Positions 8,043 through 12,753 of a stretch of 12,860 bases of DNA are shown piece after piece (the stretch's first letter is position 1; each line of letters starts with the position of its first letter). The translations under genes and the position numbers were made by a program. Source of the DNA: a virus. The notes under the pieces were generated by a model, which saw only the letters and a program-made list of their open reading frames with translations, had not been told where the DNA came from and did no database searches. The DNA is taken from IMG/VR virus record IMGVR_UViG_3300023082_000067, positions 1 to 12,860 of that record. The stretch is one strand, 5' to 3'.

Positions 8043-8201
8043 TCACAAGACTGGTGCTCTTTTGTCTAGTGGCAGACTCATTTGTTCAAGAAGCCACCAC
8101 TCTACATTCTTACCTTCTTTCTTTAGTTCCTCTAAGAACTTGTCACTGTACTTACGTCTCACTTGGCGGAAGTTCTCTCCCGTTACTACGTCAAGTCTCA
8201 T
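8043..8201 (-). CDS. small unlisted ORF (52 aa), MRLDVVTGENFRQVRRKYSDKFLEELKKEGKNVEWWLLEQMSLPLDKRAPVL
   Basis: Hand-translated from ATG 8201 to TGA 8043. Charged, protein-like composition, and located just downstream of a sigma70-like promoter. The RBS is weak (GAG). Confidence 0.4.
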   Translation of the reverse strand: MRLDVVTGENFRQVRRKYSDKFLEELKKEGKNVEWWLLEQMSLPLDKRAPVL

Positions 8202-8234
8202 AACACTAACTCTGTTTCTGTTGGTTAAGTAAGT

Positions 8235-8263
8235 AGTTTACACACTAAACCCTTCAAAGTCAA
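8235..8263 (-). promoter_or_regulatory. sigma70-like promoter TTGACT-17-TAAACT
   Basis: On the minus strand, TTGACT (8263-8258), a 17-nt spacer, then TAAACT (8240-8235). It begins 20 nt after the stop of the 306-aa gene. Confidence 0.45.
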
Positions 8264-8282
8264 CCCCTAGAGCAACTTTATT

Positions 8283-9203
8283 TTATACTGACATAACATA
8301 TTCTTCAAACTCCGGCATTGAGTCAAAGTCTGGAACCCAATTGTCTATTTCTTCTTTGAAGTAGTCGCTAACGTCAGCACCAACATTGTTTGCAAACCAA
8401 GCCTCAAACCCAATGTCAATTACTTCATTCTTCTTAGGTGCCTTGTTCCACCATTCGCCGGGGCTAAAGTCTTCTGCACTATCAAACAATGTAAAGCCAT
8501 TACCACGCACTTCATAATTGTTAGTACCGCTGTACTTGGTTGTAATGTCAAACACAGGTCCAGTGTACGGCGCTGGTGGTCCAACAAAAGGTTCATACAG
8601 TGCGCGTTGCTGTGTCTCTTTATCGAGCTTGTAATACGTGTTGTTGGCACTAGGAATACCGCTTGCACGTCCCTTGTAACCAAGCATAGGAGCAATGAAC
8701 AACTTAATAAAGCCTTTCTTACTCTCTTGCTGTTGTACCCATTCCTCTACAAGCTTCAACTTACGTGCTAGGTTGGACTCATTAATACCAAGCTTTGCAC
8801 ACAAGAAAGAACGCTTACAAAGAATAATGTTCTTATAGCTAATGCACTCTACAAGCTGTTTCATGAACTTGTATTGAGGCGTGCTAATTAATGCTTTCTC
8901 TTTCAGTGTCCGTACACGGTAGTCACTTTCTTTCTTGAACCATGTAAGGTCTGACTTTAGCTTTAGTCCTCGTTGGTCAACAGTGGCTTTCATAACGTCA
9001 CTCAACTGGTCAGGGTCTGTACACTCATGAGCGGTACGAACAGTGGCAGAGTAAAACCGTTTGTCGTCTGTGCTAGCTTGGGTGTTGACAACCTCATACA
9101 CAGGAGTAATAATTTCACCAGTGACAAGGTCAACAAGGTGTTTACCAATTGCAGCCGTGTTTTCAGTTACTTCATACATTGGTTGTGGTACATGGTTAAG
9201 CAT
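8283..9203 (-). CDS. winged-helix DNA-binding protein, candidate replication initiator (306 aa)
   Basis: I prefer the ATG at 9203 (AGAGGT RBS 6-7 nt upstream) over the TTG at 9218. Central HTH-like segment LCAKLGINESNLARKLKLVEEWV and an acidic C-terminal tail DFDSMPEFEEYV. It is the only sizeable non-structural protein in the genome. The function is inferred, not recognised. Confidence 0.8.
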   Translation of the reverse strand: MLNHVPQPMYEVTENTAAIGKHLVDLVTGEIITPVYEVVNTQASTDDKRFYSATVRTAHECTDPDQLSDVMKATVDQRGLKLKSDLTWFKKESDYRVRTLKEKALISTPQYKFMKQLVECISYKNIILCKRSFLCAKLGINESNLARKLKLVEEWVQQQESKKGFIKLFIAPMLGYKGRASGIPSANNTYYKLDKETQQRALYEPFVGPPAPYTGPVFDITTKYSGTNNYEVRGNGFTLFDSAEDFSPGEWWNKAPKKNEVIDIGFEAWFANNVGADVSDYFKEEIDNWVPDFDSMPEFEEYVMSV

Positions 9204-9324
9204 TTTCTTACCTCTCAAGGTTGAATTGTGTCCGTCACTAAATGGAAAAGTGAAGACTAAATAGGGCTACAGCCCACGGTTTATAAGGGGTGTACTAGTT
9301 TTCTTATTACTTTATAAAGAAACT

Positions 9325-9513
9325 CTATTTCTGTTTAGCACTCAAGGCTAACAGAATATTATCCAACAGTAAAGAAGGGCTTTGGTTTTGTGTAACAGCT
9401 AGAGAGTCAAGAAACAACAAACTCTCTTTTGAAAGGTAGAACCGACGACGAATAAGGTTTTTATCTTTTACCACTTGCTCGCTGTCTTTACTTAGTTTAA
9501 CATACTCACTCAT
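9325..9513 (-). CDS. ribbon-helix-helix (Arc/CopG-type) transcriptional regulator (62 aa)
   Basis: IRRRFYLSKESLLFLDSLAVTQNQSPSLLLDNILLAL fits the beta strand-helix-turn-helix pattern. GAGG RBS. It is the first gene of the long minus-strand unit, next to the divergent control region. Confidence 0.6.
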   Translation of the reverse strand: MSEYVKLSKDSEQVVKDKNLIRRRFYLSKESLLFLDSLAVTQNQSPSLLLDNILLALSAKQK

Positions 9514-9619
9514 TGGAACGCCTCTATAGGTTTGGTTTTAAAAAGAAAGAATTATTTCTCCCCTTTCTCATTATAAGTATAACATGGTTTTGGTAGTTTG
9601 TATATAGCAATAAGCATTT

Positions 9620-9638
9620 AGTTACAAATAAAGTAACT
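9620..9638. promoter_or_regulatory. candidate operator AGTTAC-N7-GTAACT
   Basis: Perfect 6-bp inverted repeat with a 7-bp AT spacer. Confidence 0.45.
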
Positions 9639-9760
9639 TTCTGTTAGTGCTATAAAAACCTCTACCTCTTAATATTATAGTACCATGTATTTTTAATTCT
9701 GTAAAGCATTATTTGTTGTAAGTGCAAGAAAAACGTGTTAAAGGGCTTAAAAGTGAAGGA

Positions 9761-9806
9761 ATTCTGACAGACGGTCTTGTATTATAGAGAATTATAGAGT
9801 CAGAAT
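9761..9806. promoter_or_regulatory. composite element: 8-bp inverted repeat ATTCTGAC/GTCAGAAT enclosing the tandem repeat ATTATAGAG(A/T) x2 (9781-9800)
   Basis: Read directly from the sequence: attctgac at 9761-9768, attatagaga and attatagagt at 9781-9800, gtcagaat at 9799-9806. Confidence 0.5.
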
Positions 9807-9938
9807 AATTGTTTTTGTCTGTTAGAAAGCAGACGAACGGTATGCACTTTGTTTGTGTATAGGCTTGCGTGCCTGTGTGGTTCTGTTATTCTGTACCTAC
9901 ACCAACTGAGAAGCCCAAGAGGGCTAAGGTAGAAAGAA

Positions 9939-10217
9939 ATGGAACACGTAGCCACCATTAGCCAAATGCGTAACCTGTTAGACTCAACAGCCGGTAAAAT
10001 ATTCTCTGTGACATTCGTAAAGAAAGACGGCACTGTTAGAGACATGGTTTGCAGGAACGAAGTAACAAAGGGCACTAGCGGCGGTGTAGCTGGTCACGCA
10101 CACAAAGAAGAACTTTACACTGTGTATGACATTCAGGCTCAAGGCTTTCGCTGTGTTAACCTCACAACTGTAAAACGTATTAAGTGTGGTGAACTCAACA
10201 AGGAGTGGTATGTATGA
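9939..10217 (+). CDS. small SH3-like beta-barrel protein of unknown function (92 aa)
   Basis: The pattern KIFSVTFVKKDGTVRDMVCR...LYTVYDIQAQGFRCVNLTTVKRIK matches my memory of a widespread small phage protein family (DUF2693-like), not verified. An AAGG RBS-like element lies upstream. Confidence 0.65.
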   Translation: MEHVATISQMRNLLDSTAGKIFSVTFVKKDGTVRDMVCRNEVTKGTSGGVAGHAHKEELYTVYDIQAQGFRCVNLTTVKRIKCGELNKEWYV

Positions 10218-10351
10218 GCGTGCAATTGTTCATTGAAGGTGAACCAAACGTGTACTCTGTTGTCATATTTAAGAACATGAGTATTGTGCAAGAAATACAG
10301 AGAGCAGCTAGGAAATTCGGTAAGCGTTGTTTTTATATACCTTGTGCATAG
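10214..10351 (+). CDS. small unlisted ORF (45 aa), MSVQLFIEGEPNVYSVVIFKNMSIVQEIQRAARKFGKRCFYIPCA
   Basis: ATGA overlap with the stop of the 92-aa gene, and a strong AAGGAG 8 nt upstream of the ATG. A terminator follows. Confidence 0.5.
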   Translation: MSVQLFIEGEPNVYSVVIFKNMSIVQEIQRAARKFGKRCFYIPCA

Positions 10352-10389
10352 CTGTCGCTCTATAAATATAGTGTTTGGTTCGTCCCTTT

Positions 10390-10413
10390 GCCCCTTCCCC
10401 GAGGGGCTTTTTT
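10390..10413 (+). terminator. rho-independent terminator at the convergent junction
   Basis: GCCCCT-tccccg-AGGGGC followed by T6. The T tract overlaps the o-spanin stop codon on the other strand, so the hairpin may serve both converging units. Confidence 0.8.
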
Positions 10414-10636
10414 ATGGGCGTAACTTATTCAACTGTGCGTTACCCTTCCTTACTTCCAGTGTCAAGCTAATGTAGCATTGTGCTAGCTCTGTCTCGCTGT
10501 AGTCATTCAGTGGGCATTCAGCAAGCGCCTGAACGTCATACACAGGACAAACGTTAGGGCTTACCATTGAAGTCTTTGAGCACCCTAGTAACAGGCTCAG
10601 ACAGAGAGTTGTTAACCCCATTCTTGTTACGTTCAT
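10412..10636 (-). CDS. o-spanin (outer-membrane lipoprotein, 74 aa)
   Basis: Signal sequence with lipobox LLLGC (Cys19). The start is embedded in the i-spanin gene in another frame and the ORF extends past its stop (overlapped architecture). Several further Cys residues. Confidence 0.8.
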   Translation of the reverse strand: MNVTRMGLTTLCLSLLLGCSKTSMVSPNVCPVYDVQALAECPLNDYSETELAQCYISLTLEVRKGNAQLNKLRP

Positions 10637-10928
10637 CGGCTATACCTTTGAGTGTGAGTGTGTAGGAGTCCAGTTCCTTTTTAAACTTAGCTGTCATTGT
10701 GTCTAACTCTTTGTTCCAGTCTTTACGCTGTTGCTCATAGAGTTTCATTTGTTGTATTGAGTATTCAGCAGACTCTAACTTACTTTGACTTACAGCTAGC
10801 TCCCAATTGCGGTTAGAAAGCTCATTACTTAGCGTCATATATGAGTAAAGGAACCACGTTAGGACTAAACCCAAGCTGACCCACAGCACAGCACTAAATG
10901 TTATTTTACTTGTTATAAATGCCCACAT
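10554..10928 (-). CDS. i-spanin (124 aa)
   Basis: N-terminal TM segment FSAVLWVSLGLVLTWFLYSY followed by coiled-coil sequence. Lies directly after the endolysin gene and overlaps the o-spanin gene. Confidence 0.8.
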   Translation of the reverse strand: MWAFITSKITFSAVLWVSLGLVLTWFLYSYMTLSNELSNRNWELAVSQSKLESAEYSIQQMKLYEQQRKDWNKELDTMTAKFKKELDSYTLTLKGIADERNKNGVNNSLSEPVTRVLKDFNGKP

Positions 10929-11478
10929 ATTCCCATATCCTTTTAACGTATGTTGTTGTCTCTACAGAATGCTTTCCTGTAATGAGTGGAAGTGCTTTTG
11001 CCATTGGTTCATAATAAAGGCTGTTACCTCCTTTAGCTTGTGCCTTCAATATGTTTCCAAGTCCAGCGTTATAGCTAGCTAGTGCTAAAGAGTGTCTGTC
11101 TACTTCTGGTCTAGGCTTCTTAAACTGTCCTCTCAAGTAGTTCATATAATAAGCATGAGCTTGAATGTTGTAAGAGGAAGCATAAGCTTTAGTTCCAACT
11201 GGAAACCCTAACTCCTTACTAACCTGTGTCCAAGTGTCGGGCATGAACTGACCTAACCCCATAGCACCAACTGGTGACGTTGCTTGTGTGTCTAAGCGAC
11301 TCTCAGCTACTAATTGAGCCTTTGCCCACACCCAAGGTATAGAAGGGTTGTAAACAGCGTTCCATTTGGCTATTTGTAGGTCATAAATGGTGTTACGGAG
11401 AGCGTTAGCACTAGTAGGAGTACACACACCAAGGGTAGCTAATAAGAGAGCTAGAACTACACTATAAATGCGACACAT
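10906..11478 (-). CDS. endolysin, family-1 lytic transglycosylase (SLT domain) with N-terminal signal sequence (190 aa)
   Basis: Catalytic AES, then GAMGLGQFMPDTW and SYNAGLGN motifs. The N-terminus MCRIYSVVLALLLATLGVCTPTSANA looks like a Sec signal or SAR segment. Confidence 0.88.
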   Translation of the reverse strand: MCRIYSVVLALLLATLGVCTPTSANALRNTIYDLQIAKWNAVYNPSIPWVWAKAQLVAESRLDTQATSPVGAMGLGQFMPDTWTQVSKELGFPVGTKAYASSYNIQAHAYYMNYLRGQFKKPRPEVDRHSLALASYNAGLGNILKAQAKGGNSLYYEPMAKALPLITGKHSVETTTYVKRIWEYVGIYNK

Positions 11479-11690
11479 ACAATTAACCCTAGAGCAATGG
11501 AACTACCAAGAAACCTAAGACCATAGTAATGACTCATAGCTTTAGGACACTCTTCTATTCTGTCAAAGGCTTTCTTAAAGTCTATACCTAATAGCTTGTC
11601 AAAGAACTTTAATAGGACGTATTGAGTGAGTAGAAAGAGAATGAATGCAACTAAACCCATTCCAAGTTTAAGCATAAAGAGAGTAAACAT
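11457..11690 (-). CDS. holin, two TM segments (77 aa)
   Basis: Hydrophobic segments at about residues 5-27 and 56-77 with a charged linker. It sits immediately upstream of the endolysin gene and overlaps it by 22 nt. AAGGA RBS. Confidence 0.7.
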   Translation of the reverse strand: MFTLFMLKLGMGLVAFILFLLTQYVLLKFFDKLLGIDFKKAFDRIEECPKAMSHYYGLRFLGSSIALGLIVCVAFIV

Positions 11691-11705
11691 ATTAAATATT
11701 TCCTT

Positions 11706-11720
11706 CGTGCATATTGCACG
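11706..11720. promoter_or_regulatory. 15-bp palindrome CGTGCA-TAT-TGCACG abutting the holin RBS
   Basis: Perfect 6-bp arms. On the minus strand it reads CGTGCAATATGCACG and is followed directly by AAGGAAAT(N8)ATG. Confidence 0.5.
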
Positions 11721-11812
11721 GTTAGTATTGAGTTAGTTAAGTTCGGTTAAATGCTCTGAACTCCTTATATAGCAAGGGTTGTAGGCAATTACCTTAGTTG
11801 TGTTAGTGTTAC

Positions 11813-11874
11813 TTACGTTGGCCCGACGACATTTTTTTGACGTTGTCAACACTTATTTTACGTCACCGACGAAC
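11813..11874. repeat. direct repeat TTACGT(TGGC/CA)CCGACGA flanking a T7 tract
   Basis: TTACGTTGGCCCGACGAC at 11813-11830 and TTACGTCACCGACGAAC at 11858-11874, with atttttttgacgttgtcaac between them. Confidence 0.6.
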
Positions 11875-11889
11875 GGTTACTGCCAGAAT

Positions 11890-12335
11890 ACTGACACAAT
11901 GTCCAATGAATAATATCTATCGACTAGGTTTGTCCAATAGTATTTACCTATGTGTCTAGTCATTGTATTTATCTATCAGCTCAGCAGTCCTAATAGAGTA
12001 TGACTAAGACAGAGAGCTAGCACACACAGAGTAGACTGTCAAGTGTAGCTGACCAATGGTACTGTATAAGTTAACAGGTATTGACACACATACTGAACTG
12101 TGCATAGCAACCTTGTAGCTACTATAGAGTACGTGGAATATAGATAATATGTTAAATTGAAATAAAACTTCTTTCAGTTATTTACTGCTTTGTCAAGTAG
12201 TTTATTCTCATTGCATATTTCTATTCATTTGTGTCAGTCAATAGAGTGTGACTATGCTGTGTGTATAGGTTTAGTCTATCGAATGTCTGTGTCCAATGAA
12301 TACATACAATTAGACAAGCTCACCAATATCCTGTA
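11890..12335. repeat. iteron-like repeat field around an AT-rich core, candidate origin of replication and/or packaging site
   Basis: TGTCCAATGAATA occurs exactly at 11900-11912 and 12290-12302. Each copy is followed 30-31 bp later by a degenerate copy (TGTCCAATAGTAT at 11931, TCACCAATATCCT at 12320). A further TGACCAATGGTAC lies at 12050. AATAGAGT(A/G)TGACTA occurs at 11992-12006 and 12240-12254. The AT-rich stretch spans roughly 12131-12232. Confidence 0.55.
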
Positions 12336-12522
12336 AAATAATAGTTGACGCCCCTATGAAAAGCATAGTCCCATTACCACATTTTATTAGAATACCCCGC
12401 CTAATAGCTGTACCCTATTTATGGAACATTTGGAAAAGAAACCTCTACAGGCTACTTTGTGTTTCCCCGACTACATATAGCCACACATACATTAGTTATT
12501 ATTCGTCAGTAGACACTAAACT

Positions 12523-12753
12523 CTATGGTTTAGCGTTATGCTCTACTTGAATTTTAATTATCTCTACGTCCGTTTTCAGCTTATTAAGTGTGGCGTTAAT
12601 ATCACCTAGAACGTCGAGCTTTGTTTCTACCTTAGTTAGTCGTGAGTCTACGTCTTCCAGCTTCTTAAAGCGGTCTTTAATTAACCACCCAATGAAACCA
12701 AGTAGACCCACAACCACTATACCAACTAACCATATAGCGCTTGCAGGTTCCAT
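12523..12753 (-). CDS. small membrane-anchored coiled-coil protein (76 aa), function unknown
   Basis: ATG at 12753 (equivalent to position 20), with AAGGAGAG upstream, 16 nt after the fibre stop across the junction. N-terminal TM segment IWLVGIVVVGLLGFIGWLI, then a heptad-like KKLEDVDSRLTKVETKLDVLGDINATLNKLKTDVEII. Confidence 0.75.
   Translation of the reverse strand: MEPASAIWLVGIVVVGLLGFIGWLIKDRFKKLEDVDSRLTKVETKLDVLGDINATLNKLKTDVEIIKIQVEHNAKP

Larger units (their letters stand above)
9514..9938. promoter_or_regulatory. AT-rich divergent control region
   Basis: 425 bp without a credible ORF, lying between divergent genes. It holds perfect minus-strand TATAAT boxes at 9570-9575 and 9674-9679, plus inverted and tandem repeats (listed below). 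Confidence 0.6.
1..12733. other. one complete unit of a circularly closing phage-like genome (12,733 bp)
   Basis: Exact identity of 1-127 with 12734-12860. The gene content forms a coherent virus (head, terminase, fibre, lysis, regulator) and the genes stay intact across the junction. Confidence 0.8.

Noticed and set aside
7960-8232. 90-aa plus-strand ORF
   Set aside because: Ser/Leu/His-rich low-complexity product with no RBS, on the opposite strand to all neighbouring genes. The minus strand here carries a promoter plus a more protein-like 52-aa ORF.
9204-9218. TTG start giving a 311-aa version of the wHTH protein
   Set aside because: The ATG five codons downstream has a correctly spaced AGAGGT RBS. 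The TTG would sit inside that RBS.
9800-10075. 91-aa minus-strand ORF across the leader and start of the 92-aa gene
   Set aside because: It overlaps the better-supported plus-strand gene (family-like sequence, RBS, downstream coupling and terminator). It has no RBS of its own.
10284-10475. 63-aa plus-strand ORF
   Set aside because: It runs through the terminator hairpin and into the o-spanin gene. It is out of frame with the coupled 45-aa ORF and has no RBS.
12081-12109. Perfect TTGACA on the plus strand as a promoter in the repeat region
   Set aside because: No acceptable -10 at 16-18 bp (ATAGCA at best), and no plus-strand gene downstream. The same applies to minus-strand TTGACA copies at 11844-11849 and about 12192-12197, which lack -10 boxes.
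11992-12254. Reverse complements of the 15-mers (TAGTCA(C/T)ACTCTATT) resemble T7/SP6-type single-subunit RNAP promoters
   Set aside because: The similarity is partial, and the genome has no room for and no trace of a phage RNA polymerase. I treat them as protein-binding repeats instead.
12356-12550. 64-aa plus-strand ORF in the repeat region
   Set aside because: No RBS, odd composition, and it overlaps the 3' end of the 76-aa gene on the opposite strand.
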